Assembly (NCBI GenBank): GCA_964561085.1
Contig: CAZLNP010000001.1
Coordinates: 75,335-139,334 of the forward strand
Length of the DNA stretch: 64,000 bases
Direction: 5' to 3'
Source of the DNA: an uncultured Candidatus Saccharibacteria bacterium
GTDB lineage: Bacteria; Patescibacteriota; Doudnabacteria; UBA920
The stretch's first letter is position 1, and every line of letters starts with the position of its first letter. Below, one piece after another: positions 46,756 through 58,900 of this stretch. Under the pieces are notes generated by a model. It made no database searches and was not told the origin of the DNA. It saw nothing but the letters and a program-made list of their open reading frames with translations. The translations under genes were made by a program, and so were the position numbers.

Positions 46756-47445
46756 ATGATAAAAACAAAATTTATATCGATATTTCTACTAGCAATTGCA
46801 GTGGGTCAATTCCCACTGTTTTCTATTAGTGCCCAATCAAGTTTTCCAAGTCGGCCACAAAGCACCATACTAAATGTCCCATATGTCTCTCAGATCCCTA
46901 CTGGCAATTGGAATGATCCCCGCCAAGCTGACGGATGCGAAGAAGCAAGTATTATAATGGCCATGTCTTGGATTAGAGGCGGCACAGTTCCCCCAGAGGA
47001 AGCCGAGCGAGATATTATTAATATGTCTGAATACGAAAGAGCAATCCTCGGATTCTTCCAAGATACCTCTGCTCAAGATACCGCAGAATTGATGCGAAAT
47101 TTCTATCTATATAAAGACGTAATTGTTAAACAAAACATTAGCGTAGAAGATGTGAAGCAAGAGCTTGCTTCTAATAGAGTGGTAATCTTGCCGATTAATG
47201 TTCGCGCTACTGGGTTAGCGATGTATCAGGGTGGACCTGTCCGCCATACAATAGTAGTAGTTGGCTATGACGATAAGAGTGATCAATTAATTATTCACGA
47301 CCCTCTTTACAAAAACATTCAAAATTTCTGGATTTCTTCGAGCGCAATTAATAAGTCACTGCGGAATTACGACTCTGGGAATCACCTCTCTACCAGCAAT
47401 GGAACAGCATTGATAAGTGTTGGTCGAGCCAGTATAATGTATTAA
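46756..47445 (+). CDS. secreted peptidase-C39-like (papain-fold) domain protein
   Basis: Signal peptide, VPYVSQ...GCEEAS candidate catalytic Cys and HTIVVVGYDD His segment as in C39_2/BtrH-like domains. Confidence 0.55.
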   Translation: MIKTKFISIFLLAIAVGQFPLFSISAQSSFPSRPQSTILNVPYVSQIPTGNWNDPRQADGCEEASIIMAMSWIRGGTVPPEEAERDIINMSEYERAILGFFQDTSAQDTAELMRNFYLYKDVIVKQNISVEDVKQELASNRVVILPINVRATGLAMYQGGPVRHTIVVVGYDDKSDQLIIHDPLYKNIQNFWISSSAINKSLRNYDSGNHLSTSNGTALISVGRASIMY

Positions 47446-48500
47446 TGAACTCAGTAAATATCTTAGCGATCGAGACTAGCTGTGATGAAACAGCGGCCAG
47501 TGTTTTGCGTGGCGATATAAAAGCAAGCCAGCCGAAATTTAAATTTCTCTCCTCAGTTGTAAAATCTCAAATTTCTATCCACAAGAAAACTGGTGGGGTT
47601 GTGCCGGAAGTAGCTGCTCGCGAGCACATGGTAAACATTCTGCCTGTTACAGGCAAAGCTCTCACCGACGCCAAGCTAAAACTAAATCAAATAGATTACA
47701 TTGCTGTCACTAGTGGACCCGGCTTGGTAGTGGCTTTAATTGTTGGTACAGAGTTTGCTAAAGGTTTAGCCCTAGCGACGAAGACTCCCCTGCTCCCTAC
47801 TAACCATATGGAAGGTCATTTATATTCTGCGTTTGCTGACAAGCCCGAGAAGGTACAGTTCCCAGTGCTATCTATAATTGTTAGTGGTGGTCACACAATG
47901 TTTGTGCTTTTAAAGGACTACAAGAACTACAAAGTAATTGGCAACACTGTTGATGATGCCGCTGGCGAAGCTTTCGATAAAGTAGCTCGCCTTCTTAAAC
48001 TTCCCTACCCTGGAGGGCCCGAGATTTCCAAACTAGCACACCTAGGTAAAACTGACATAAAGTTTCCTCGCCCAATGATTGGCGAAAATAACTTTAACTT
48101 CTCTTTCTCAGGATTAAAAACAGCGGTGCTCTATTATATAGACAAAGTTAGGTCTGGCCAAAAAGACAAACCTCTATCTAAACAGCAAAAAGCAGATGTA
48201 GCCATGTCTTTTGAGAATGCAGTGGCTGACGTCATAACCAGAAAAGCTGCCAAAGCTGTGGCAAAATACAAATGTAAGACAGTTGCCCTTTCAGGAGGGG
48301 TAGCCGCTAACAAAAAACTTCGCGCTGAGTTGGATCGGATGGCTGGAGAAAATAATATTAATTTTACAGTACCCGATTTTGAACTATGTACCGATAACGC
48401 GCAAATGATAGCCCTAGCAGCTTACTTTAACCTGCGCGCTGGCAAAAAACCAACCTCATCTGGGAAAGTTAGAGCCAATCCAGCCTGGGAAATTAGCTAA
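47445..48500 (+). CDS. tsaD: tRNA N6-adenosine threonylcarbamoyltransferase
   Basis: ILAIETSCDETAASV, SGGVAAN..LR motifs of the Kae1/TsaD family. Confidence 0.9.
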   Translation: MNSVNILAIETSCDETAASVLRGDIKASQPKFKFLSSVVKSQISIHKKTGGVVPEVAAREHMVNILPVTGKALTDAKLKLNQIDYIAVTSGPGLVVALIVGTEFAKGLALATKTPLLPTNHMEGHLYSAFADKPEKVQFPVLSIIVSGGHTMFVLLKDYKNYKVIGNTVDDAAGEAFDKVARLLKLPYPGGPEISKLAHLGKTDIKFPRPMIGENNFNFSFSGLKTAVLYYIDKVRSGQKDKPLSKQQKADVAMSFENAVADVITRKAAKAVAKYKCKTVALSGGVAANKKLRAELDRMAGENNINFTVPDFELCTDNAQMIALAAYFNLRAGKKPTSSGKVRANPAWEIS

Positions 48501-48519
48501 TCTTTACAAACGCCTTAAT

Positions 48520-48766
48520 TTTCAATATACTCTAACTAGATAAGAGCCAATACTTCGGCTGTCACCGAAGTGGCGCAGAAAGAACGTTGCAACTTTTTTG
48601 AAAGTTCAACTATTAGAATCTGCCGGAACCTTCCGTAAACAGGACAAATTAAGCCTACAAGTTGTAGGAAATCTAGATGGTACCGTCTCGTTAATCTCAC
48701 AAGAAACGCGAGGCTCTAGACACCGCCAGTAACTGGTAGCGGTGTTTTATTTTTAACCAAAAACAT
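48520..48766 (+). promoter_or_regulatory. candidate T-box riboswitch leader of valS
   Basis: TCTAGA-UGGUACC-GUCUCG matches the T-box antiterminator core (7-nt bulge UGGNACC, N=U fitting the tRNA-Val discriminator A). Upstream hairpin loop CUGUCACC carries a Val GUC codon followed by a purine. Terminator ACACCGC...GCGGTGTTTTATTTT ends just before the valS start. Confidence 0.35.
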
Positions 48767-50986
48767 ATGGCCTCAGAAATTGATCAACAAATAGATATGG
48801 AAAAATCTTACGATGCTTCCAAATACGAAACTGACATATATAAATTATGGATGGATTCAGGGTTCTTCAATCCAGATAACATGCCAAAAGATGCGGAGCC
48901 TTTTACTATTGTCCTCCCTCCGCCGAACGTAACTGGAACACTTCATTTGGGCCATGCTTACGAGCATACTATTCAAGACATCTTAATTCGTCATAAACGA
49001 ATGCAAGGCCGGAAGACTTTGTGGCTTCCTGGAGTGGATCATGCTGCGATTGCCACTCAAAGTAAAGTTGAGAAAATTTTAGACAAAGAAGAGGGGAAAC
49101 GCAAAACAGATTTAGGCCGTGATGAATTCCTAAAACGCGTGAATGATTTTGCTCAAGCTAGCCACGACACAATTGTTGGGCAACTAAGAACGCTTGGATC
49201 ATCTTTAGATTGGAGTCGTGAAGCTTACACTCTAGACGATAAGCGAAACTTGGCAGTACGCACTGCTTTTAAATCCATGTACGACGATGGGCTTATTTAC
49301 CGTGGCCATAAAGTAGTGAACTGGGATCCGAAAGGTCAGACAGTTATCTCAGATGAAGAAATAGTTCACCAAGAGCGTGATGCACTTCTCTATACATTCA
49401 AGTACTCATCTGATTTCCCTATTCCAATTTCTACTACCCGCCCTGAAACTAAAGTTGGAGATACAGCGGTTGCTGTTCATCCTAGTGATGAGCGTTATTC
49501 TGAATTCGTAGGTAAAGAATACGACATGGAATTTGCAGGGGTACCAATCCATATTAAAGTTGTTGCTGATGAAAGCGTAGAAAAAGATTTTGGTACTGGA
49601 GCGCTTGGAGTTACTCCAGCTCATAGTCAAATTGATGCCGAAATTGCCGAACGCCACAACCTACCAATGAAGGCAGTTATTAACGAGTTTGCGAAGATGA
49701 CGGTTGGCAGTGAAGATATACTGGGCAAAAAGACCACTGAAGCGCGCACTATAATTGTCGATTGGTTAAAGTCTCAAAACTTGCTTATTTCTGAGGAAAA
49801 TATCAAGCAGAACGTGGCGACTGCTGAACGCTCTGGGGGTGTTATTGAACCGCTTCCAAAGCTTCAATGGTTCTTGAATGTAAATAAAACATTCACGATG
49901 AAGCATTCAGAAATTGAAGGCATTAAAGAAGGAGGCCAAGTTACCCTAAAACAACTAATGCTTCACGTTGTGACTGAGAACCAAATTGGCATTACGCCAG
50001 ACCGCTTCGGCAAAGTTTATGTGAACTGGGTTAACAATTTACACGACTGGTGTATTTCTCGCCAGTTGTGGTTTGGACACAGAATCCCTGTTTGGTACAA
50101 AGGCAACGTGGCAAATCCAGAAGAAATTTACTGCGGAGTAGATGCGCCAGACAGAGACAAAGAAAATAGCGAGTGGGTTCAAGATGAAGACACATTAGAC
50201 ACATGGTTCTCATCAGGACTATGGACCTTCTCTACATTAGGGTGGCCCGAAAAAACTCCTGACTTAGAAACTTTTCACCCGACTTCTGTAATTGCACCGG
50301 GGTATGAAATCCTGTTCTTCTGGGTAGCTCGTATGATTCTAATGTCTACTTACAACGTCGGTCAGATCCCTTTCAAGCAAGTTTTAATCCATGGAATGGT
50401 TCGCGACAAACAAGGCCGCAAGTTTAGCAAGTCTCTAAACAACGGCATTGATCCAATTGAAATGATAGACAAGTACGGTGCGGATGCTTTGCGCTTTGCA
50501 ATTATCAGTGGCAACGCGATTGGTAATGACGTAATGTTTGATGAACAAAAAGTTAAAGGGATGAAGCACTTTGGAAACAAAGTTTGGAATATCACTCGTT
50601 TTGTTCTTTCAAATTTAGATGCAGCGAAAGTTAATCCGCTACCAATGACGGACGCAGACAAGGCTATTCTTGATCAGCTAGCAGAAACAACAAAGCTAAC
50701 CACGAAGTACTTAGAAGAGTACAGACTCCACGAAGCTGCGCAAGAACTCTACGACTTCATTTGGAAAAACTTTGCCGATGTCTACATTGAAGCTAGCAAA
50801 CCTCAACTTCAAGACGAAGTTAACAAAGCTAACACCCAAGCAATTCTTCTACATTGTCTAATCCAATCTATTAAACTCCTCCACCCTTTCATGCCATTTG
50901 TGACAGAGGTATTATGGCAGGAACTGAAGAAAGATAATCTAGTGGATGAGCCACTACTAATGGTCGCAGACTGGCCTAAATCCTAG
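48767..50986 (+). CDS. valS: Valine--tRNA ligase (short form without long C-terminal coiled coil)
   Basis: PPPNVTGTLHLGHA (HIGH), WLPGVDHAAIATQ, KFSKSLNNGIDP (KMSKS). Confidence 0.88.
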   Translation: MASEIDQQIDMEKSYDASKYETDIYKLWMDSGFFNPDNMPKDAEPFTIVLPPPNVTGTLHLGHAYEHTIQDILIRHKRMQGRKTLWLPGVDHAAIATQSKVEKILDKEEGKRKTDLGRDEFLKRVNDFAQASHDTIVGQLRTLGSSLDWSREAYTLDDKRNLAVRTAFKSMYDDGLIYRGHKVVNWDPKGQTVISDEEIVHQERDALLYTFKYSSDFPIPISTTRPETKVGDTAVAVHPSDERYSEFVGKEYDMEFAGVPIHIKVVADESVEKDFGTGALGVTPAHSQIDAEIAERHNLPMKAVINEFAKMTVGSEDILGKKTTEARTIIVDWLKSQNLLISEENIKQNVATAERSGGVIEPLPKLQWFLNVNKTFTMKHSEIEGIKEGGQVTLKQLMLHVVTENQIGITPDRFGKVYVNWVNNLHDWCISRQLWFGHRIPVWYKGNVANPEEIYCGVDAPDRDKENSEWVQDEDTLDTWFSSGLWTFSTLGWPEKTPDLETFHPTSVIAPGYEILFFWVARMILMSTYNVGQIPFKQVLIHGMVRDKQGRKFSKSLNNGIDPIEMIDKYGADALRFAIISGNAIGNDVMFDEQKVKGMKHFGNKVWNITRFVLSNLDAAKVNPLPMTDADKAILDQLAETTKLTTKYLEEYRLHEAAQELYDFIWKNFADVYIEASKPQLQDEVNKANTQAILLHCLIQSIKLLHPFMPFVTEVLWQELKKDNLVDEPLLMVADWPKS

Positions 50987-51032
50987 TTAATAAGCAAAAA
51001 ACAGCCCCACGCGGGCTGTTTTTGTTATATAG

Positions 51033-52241
51033 CTAAACTGGGTTAGACGACCTGTTTTGTTCGTCCAGCAGACGAGTATGATGCCTTACGTATCTGTAAG
51101 CTATGTAGAAAAGCACTAAGAATAGAATCAACAGTAGAACTAGTAAACTCCAAATTACTGCGGGCCCCTGAGCAATCACTCCACTTGCAGAAGCAGGTTC
51201 CTTCAAGACAAACTTGGCTGAAGCCACAGACTCCACACCTTCATAGGTACTAGACACTCTAATAGTGTAGGTGCCAGTCGGAGTTAGTGGCGCAATATTA
51301 AATGTTTTCAAGAATTGAACCTGTCCACTAAATGATATTGTGTCTTGAGTCTCCAATACAACTTTTCCCAAAGGAGAGATAATCTGATAGTTTACATTTT
51401 GATTAGAAATTTGCTGACCAGTATTACTTACTAACGTGACCCAACTAACAAGTTTTCCGCCAGTTTCAACAGTTTCGTACTCGGGCAATATTTCATAGAA
51501 AACTCCAAAAATTATATCGGATGCATCTATAGGTGGGTTTGGAGGAAGTGGGATGGAGGTTCCGCCATCGCCGTCACCTGTTCCTGAACCTGGGTCTTCT
51601 CCATCATTGCCACCAGGTTGTCCAGGTTGCGTAGGCTGACCTGGCTCCTGTGGAACCTTAGGAGATTGGATTACAAAGTATGCTTGTGTACTGCCAGAAC
51701 GAGTTAAGTCATATGAATCATAGACTCGTGCAGTCACTGAATAAACACCATACGGTAGCGGATCGGGAGATTGCCATATCCAATCACCCTGCAGGCTTGC
51801 TCTGGCAGTGGTATTTAAATTTTTTGGGCCCTCTATGTATAAGAAGATGATTCCGTTTGGAACAGAGGTGGTACCTGAAAATGTAGGCCGAACAGTCTCG
51901 AAGACATACGCTGGTAAAATATTTCCGCCGACAGTAATGTTTCTTTGAGGAATTTGTCCAAGTGGTTCTGCTTTAATGGTTACTGTCGGAAAAGCTGTCG
52001 ATACAGGAGGCCTGCTTCCAGATGTAGATGTTGGCTCTGTTGGACCAGGATTAATACCAGCAACGGTTGCTGTAATGGTAAGATTCTCGGTATCTGTGAC
52101 GTCAAAAGCGCTCGCGTCTATTAAGAAAGTGCCCATCCCTGTAGCCATCACTAAAGCAGCAACACCAAAACACATGCTCATCGAAAGATGATACAACCTA
52201 TGTGCATGATGATGAGTCCACTTTTCTGGTTTGATTTTCAT
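51033..52241 (-). CDS. hypothetical cell-surface protein with N-terminal signal/TM, Pro/Gly/Thr-rich linker and C-terminal TM anchor
   Basis: ORF from track; hydrophobic segments at both termini, GQPTQPGQPGGNDGEDPGSG low-complexity linker. Confidence 0.5.
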   Translation of the reverse strand: MKIKPEKWTHHHAHRLYHLSMSMCFGVAALVMATGMGTFLIDASAFDVTDTENLTITATVAGINPGPTEPTSTSGSRPPVSTAFPTVTIKAEPLGQIPQRNITVGGNILPAYVFETVRPTFSGTTSVPNGIIFLYIEGPKNLNTTARASLQGDWIWQSPDPLPYGVYSVTARVYDSYDLTRSGSTQAYFVIQSPKVPQEPGQPTQPGQPGGNDGEDPGSGTGDGDGGTSIPLPPNPPIDASDIIFGVFYEILPEYETVETGGKLVSWVTLVSNTGQQISNQNVNYQIISPLGKVVLETQDTISFSGQVQFLKTFNIAPLTPTGTYTIRVSSTYEGVESVASAKFVLKEPASASGVIAQGPAVIWSLLVLLLILFLVLFYIAYRYVRHHTRLLDEQNRSSNPV

Positions 52242-52265
52242 TATTGTATTTATAGAGTTTCGATG

Positions 52266-52829
52266 TTACTGCGCTGGTGCCGCCGCTGGTGTAGGGACCG
52301 GTGCCGGGCTAGTCGCTGGTGTAGAAGTAGCTGGCGTTCCTGCACTGCCACTATTATTTAGTGGCGCTAATTCAATTATTTTATTTGTACTTGGGCGGAA
52401 AAGAATCGCCTTTCTATCTTTCTGATAGATAAGAACTTTGTCACCCACTTCAGCTTTTTCAAAAAATGGCTGACCTTCAAGTTTACTTAAATCAGATACA
52501 GTAGCGATGGTAGGATCTTCATCGGTTGGCAAAATAATCAATTTACCTACTTGCTCTACTAATTGTTTATTTGATTCCTTAGTCTTTGCAGCAGGATCGT
52601 TTTGGACAGATTCTAAATCTTTTTGGACAGACTTTAGCTGTTGCTGAGAGCGGATAAATAGGAATAGTGCGCCAAGAACTACTACAACAGCGATAACAAT
52701 TACAGCCCAAAGCAATCTTTTAGGCACTCTTGCTACCTCCGGTCGATTGCGCATACCTTCAGTTAAAGGGCGCTTTTCGGTCACACTGATTTTTGGAGAT
52801 TGGTTTTTTATTTCATCAAACATAAGCAT
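52266..52829 (-). CDS. hypothetical single-pass membrane protein with Pro/Thr/Ala-rich tail
   Basis: ORF from track; TM LLWAVIVIAVVVVLGALFLFI. Confidence 0.45.
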   Translation of the reverse strand: MLMFDEIKNQSPKISVTEKRPLTEGMRNRPEVARVPKRLLWAVIVIAVVVVLGALFLFIRSQQQLKSVQKDLESVQNDPAAKTKESNKQLVEQVGKLIILPTDEDPTIATVSDLSKLEGQPFFEKAEVGDKVLIYQKDRKAILFRPSTNKIIELAPLNNSGSAGTPATSTPATSPAPVPTPAAAPAQ

Positions 52830-52906
52830 TTTTACTATCTATATCATTATACAATAAAACCCTAAGTAATAACTACTACTTAGGGTTTATATGTTTTTCG
52901 AATAGA

Positions 52907-55900
52907 TTATGGATTGGTTCCACTGCCTTCACCGCCGCCGTCTCCTGGAGGCGTATCACCTGAAGGTGGTGTATCTCCTGATGGAGTATCGGCAGGTGGG
53001 TCTGATGCAGGAGGTGTCCCACCGTCGCCAGAGCCTTCACCGGAACCGCTGTCACCAGAGCCACTATCTCCAGATCCTGAATCACCGTCATCGGCACCGG
53101 CCACAAAGCCGCTTGGAGTATCTATACTCATAAATGTTGTAGCGTTACGAACTGCTAACGCTGTCCATGACATCTTCACGTCACTAGGAGCTGGCTTGCT
53201 TAACACAATTGTGAAGCCAAACTTGCTCTTGTTTGTTACAACATAAGTGATGCCTTCAGCTAAGAAGGTTTGTGCTGCAGCAATTGAATCGTTCTTAAGA
53301 ACTTCGCGAGCTTCTTCATCTAGTAATTCTTGATCTACGTCTTGCTCAAAGCTAATTGATGCATTAACTATTGGCTGAGCTAGGTATTCACGAGTAAACA
53401 CTACATCTACACTTTGAACACCAGCTTTCACTACGGCGAACCCTGCAGTGTCAGAAGTAAAGTAAGGAGTGCCGAAGAATTCAACGTCGCTGCTGAATGA
53501 TAGCAGGTCACCAATTGCACTGATTGTATCAACTGTTAACCCACCGTTGAACATGGTTGTAGAAGCCACAGATAGTCCTCCGTCAGAAGTAGCTGAGCTC
53601 AAGAAGTCAGCACGCAAAGTTTGCGTTGTCACAGTTGGAGTGATTATTTCACCATTAGCAACTACTACGTCAGTTACAACTTCGGAGAGATTTTCTGAGT
53701 CTAAGCTTGGAAGTTGAGAAATTAAGTATTCTAGAATTTGTGAAGAATTTTGCGCTGAGTTTAACAATCCCTGTTCTGTACCAGTGTAATCAAAGGTTAA
53801 TCCAGCGAGCTGATCTTCAATAGCAAGGCCATTGTAGTTAGATGGTTTGATGAAAGCGTCAATTTTTCCAACGCCACCAGTAAATGTTTCTAGAGCTTGC
53901 CCAATCACAGATCCAGCTTTAGTTGCCTTCATGGCAGCACCTGGTATTGTTGCTGAGTTAACCAAGAAGTCACCTGGCATAATCTCGCCGTTCTCGTTAG
54001 AGACCTTAACCTGCGCTCGGCCAATCAACGCAACTGAATATTTTGTATTACCACTGCCTTCTTCTAGCTCAGAGCCAAGCTCTAATCCTGACTCTTCTAC
54101 TACAACTCCAAGAATTGATTTAGAACCAGACATGTCTGCTCGAGCAATTAGCGCATCTTCAGAATTGTCTATTGCTACCACTTCCCCTGCTTCTAAAGAG
54201 TCATCTGATGATTCATAGTTTTCAGATATACTATTGCCTGAAACCTTTACTGAATCTGCAACAACGTTTTCAGCTGTCACTGTTTCAGATGTGATTGTTT
54301 CGGCTGTCACTTCTTCAGCAACAACACTCTCCGCAATTATACTTTCTACCATGATACTACCTTCGATTTGAGCATCGCCTCTCACTATAATATTGCCAAA
54401 TAGCTCTAGCTCTGCAGAGTCTGCAGCTGTGCCAATTGTAAGCTTGCGAGTATTAGTGTTTACATTAAACAATGTGCTGCCGGTGTTATCTGAAATGTTT
54501 ACCGCAGTATCAGATGCCGCCTGAAGTACAATATCGCTACTAGCACCTGTGCTTGAACCATTCCAAGATAAGTTAACTAATACCAATACTTGGGTTTGAG
54601 AAGTGCCAGGAGTCCAGCTCTCTAGAGCTTTTCCAATAGTTGGTCCGTTAACCGACGCCTTCATAGCTTTACCAGGGTAGGTACCAGAAGATACGATTGC
54701 ATCTCCTGCTGCAATTGGTGCAGAGTCTGGCGCGATGTTTACAGGAACACGTCCAGCCAAAGCAACAGGTACAGTTGGCAAACCGTTAATAGCCGCTTCT
54801 TCCTGAGACAGACGTAAACCAGGTTTTGTAGAGTAGATACCAACTACTGTTCTGTCATAGCCAACAGAAGAGCGAACTACTAAACCAGTTTCATTTGGAT
54901 TCAAGCTAAGTACATCCCCTGCCACAAGGCCTTGTTCACGAGTTGGGTAGTCTTCCGCAATGTCATAAGCACCTGTAGTAGAAACAAGTGAGTGGCTAAA
55001 CAAGAAGCTACCCATGTTGTCGGCATTACTGTCTCCAGTCTGATTGCCAACAAAGCTAATGCTACCATAGTTTCCGCTTCCAGAATCAAATTTAAGCGCG
55101 TATGAATTAGTAAATGTCTTACTCCATGTGTAGACGCTACCGATACCACCTTCAGTGGTTCCTAAATATAGGGTTCCATTAAAAGCAATTATTGCAGAAA
55201 GTGAATCAACATTAGCCTGACTGCCAAATGTGCCTTCAGTAGAGTTTATTATATCCCACTTACGAGTAGTATCATCATACTCATATAAATTAGCCTGATT
55301 AACGTCACTATATGTGCCAGCATACAATCTTCCATTGTACTCTCGTAATACAGGCACGGAATCAGTAAAGTCTGCTTGGGTTTGATCAAGAATGCCTTCA
55401 GTAATCCCTGTCGGGTCAAAACTCAACTCAGGTTCGCCAAATCTTCCCTCAAGGTCACTAGCATTGCTAAATACAAATGAATAAACTTGCCCGGCGTCGG
55501 GTTCAGCAGTACCAAAGTACAAACGGCCATTATGGACTGCTAAGGATGAGATATCATCGATAGCGGTAAGGCCTCCAGCTGAAAATGTTCCGTCTGTTGT
55601 ATGAAGTCTTACGAAATTATTACTATTGCTATTTTCTCCTGTGTAAACACATAATCTAGCTCCATCACTGCCAGTACCTGCAGCAATACCCCAGAACAGA
55701 CGGCCATCGTATACAGCCAATTGACCAGAGTCTTGGTTATTCTGAGCAGTACAATATTGAGATCCACTCCCGCCATAACTAAGGTTAACAAAAGCTCCGC
55801 TTCCTCTATACGAGTACACCTGCGCTGCATCCGCCTCTTGGGTAGCAACTATTAGTACACCTCCATAAACTACCATATCGCTAATGCCATCAATGCCATT

Positions 55901-58900
55901 CTCAGCTCCGAATTCTCCCAAAGTATAATTGTCCATCATCCAGGCCGATCCATTGTAAGAATAAAGTGCCCCACGGTCTGCAGCAGCACCAGTTCTGGTA
56001 CCAGCGTATAATTTACCGTTAAACACTGTTAATACCATGGAGTCAGCTTCAGCAAAATCACCAGAAACCACCTTACCAGGAGTACTGTCTGATACTTTTG
56101 TCCATGTTGTACCGCCATCGTGCCTATAAACACTAGATCCATTTGTTTCTGCAGTAGCAGCATATAATTTACCATTGTAGATAGCAAAGCTAGATACGCC
56201 ATCACGAGCTGTTTCAGATCCAAATGTTCCAGCAGCGCTATTGGTAATAGTGAAAGTGCTTCCAGTATTTGCATCGGTTTGTGCTCCAACTGTTAAGTCA
56301 CCAGATGCCACGGTTAAGCGACCAGCAATGTTTACTGTTGTTGCACTTGTACCTAAGTTTAGAGTGGTAGTATTGCCGTTGTTTAAGAAGTTAAATGTGC
56401 TACTAGCCAGTGATTGACTAATTCCGCCATCGGAGAAGTAAGTAGAGCCATTACCAGCAACTATACCGTCAATAAAGTAACCACGACCGTAGCGATTTGC
56501 CAAAGGTTCAGAAGTATTAATACCACCAACTTCTGGAACATGCATTTCTACCACACTAGCGCCGTTATCCCAAGTAAGCGCAGGTGATATTATAAATAGG
56601 TTTGCTGAAGGATTGTCTATAATTTTCGCATAACAGACCGCAGTGGAACCGGAACAGTTTCCTGAAACAGGATCAACCTTTACATAATTTCCTATGTCAA
56701 AATCGTTATCAGAGGATACTGTCAGGCTGGTGCTATTTGAACCAGTTCCAACAGCTGTAGTTGAACCATCAAGCTGAGTGAAACCAGAGGTAATAGATCC
56801 ATAGTTGCTAGCAGCTAATAGTGCTGCACCACTGCTATTTTGTAGTTGTAACAAGTCTGCGGTTTGGCTAGCAATAGCCTTAACTTTCATGGTAATCGCA
56901 GAAGTAGACCAGGAGTTTTGAACTGCAAAGGCAGCATCGCCAGGCAAAGTTGCTGTACCAAATACATATTTAGAGTTACCTTGATCGAAAGCGAAGTTTA
57001 GACCATAGACAGTCGCATTAGAGTTACCTCCTACCCCAAACGCCACTGTTCCATTAGATTGCTGAGCTTGGAACAGGTCCGCGGATTGAGATGCAAAACC
57101 TTGAACCACTAATCCTTTATGAGATGCATTAGCTGAGTTAATCTGAGCAGTGGCATTGTTATCTACTGTGCTGTAGGCATTAACTAATAGCTTATTGCTA
57201 GTTCCGAAAGTAGTGGCATTAATACCAACATTACCATTGCTTGAGTTTGCAAATAATGTAGTTAAACTTGGGGTACCGTAGAACAAAGTACCTGTAACAC
57301 CAGATCCATCATTAGTTACTTTTAACCGATGTCCTGTACCAGCATCATTAGCGCCAACATCCAGCAACAAGGCAGAGCCACTAGGAGAAACTCCAGCAAT
57401 TAAACCTCCTCCGGAGTAGTTGTATGAATTAGAGTTAGAGTTAGCGGCTACTAATTGAGTAGCGAGAACTCTCAAAGTGTTACCATCGCTATTAGTGGAT
57501 TGACGGATTTCAGTATTGCCGGTCATGCCGATACTTCCAGCTACTTGCAAAATTCCATTTGCAGAGTTTGGAACAACTCCCACGCCAACATTTCCACCAG
57601 CAAATACGGCAGCGTAGCTGTTTATAGCACCTGTTTGAGAATCTACATAAAGGCCATAAGAGGTTTCTCCACCACTTGCCCCTTGATTGCCAATACGCAT
57701 TCCGTAAATATTTTGGGTACCGTTAACTGGACTACCCGCAGCGTTTTGAATACGTATAGAGTACGTATCATGAGTTCCAGAAGTTCCAGAAGCAGTGATA
57801 GTTGGAGCGATGTTAATACCACTAACGACTGATACTCCAGAAGTAGATGTTGAGTTATTTGTAAATGCTAAGTTAATTAAGTTACCTGTATTGCCAGAAC
57901 CTGGATTGTAAGAAGCACCACTAGTAGAAAGTAGTGAACCTGTTGTTAAGGAGGACCCTAGGGTAGCAGAAACTAGGCTGCCAGAGGTTAAACCACTACC
58001 GCTAAGAGCAGCAAGTGTACCAGTAGTAGCAGAGTTAGCAGTTAGGTTGAATATACCAGTACCAGTGTAAACGCCAGTGTTAGTAAGAGCTAAGTCTGCT
58101 CCAGTTGTTGTTGTGTTTGCAATTGAAATAGTATCGTTTGCAGTTGTTTGCGAGAGCACAGTTCCAGTCCTGGTCCAATATCCTAAAGCACCACTAGTAG
58201 GCGCAGTTGTTGTTAGCGTCCCATTACCACCAGAAGTATATAGAGCACCGTTAGTTGTTAGAGCTGAAAATTGAATAGTGCCTGAAGAAACAATTCCAGT
58301 AGCAGCAGCAATTGCACCTGAGGAGTTTACTTGAAACAAGTCGCCAGAACCTACTGTTAACAAGGCAGCTGGTGTTGTGTCGCCTATTCCGACGTTGCCG
58401 CTAGCCAAAACAGTAAGTTTTGCAGATGTCTGATTACGAACTTCTAACAGTTTAGCAGTAGCATTAACTAAGTTATTAGTTGTATCTAATGTATATCCAA
58501 CAGCTGAACCACCGTCTGCAACACCAGGATTGGCAATAAACTTATTATTACCACCCGCATCCATTAATGAAATTATTCCACTTCTAGGGTTGGTATGGAA
58601 ATTAGCCAAGTCTCCTTCATAGCTTTTAAAAGTAAGGGATGAAGCATAGGTATTATCCACACCTTGAATCGTTAATCCTTGATAAACAGACAGGGTTGCG
58701 CCATTACCCCCACCCTCATTACTACCACCGAATGAAAAGTAGTTACCCATAATATTCAGCCTAGGGGCGTGGGCATATGCTGTAGCTCCTGCAATTGTAT
58801 TTACGCCAGTGGTACTAATAAGCTGCCAACCCAATGAGTTAGTAATATTAATTCCGTTATTCCCCAGTATTTGCCCAGCGGACGATGCGTACAAGGGAGG

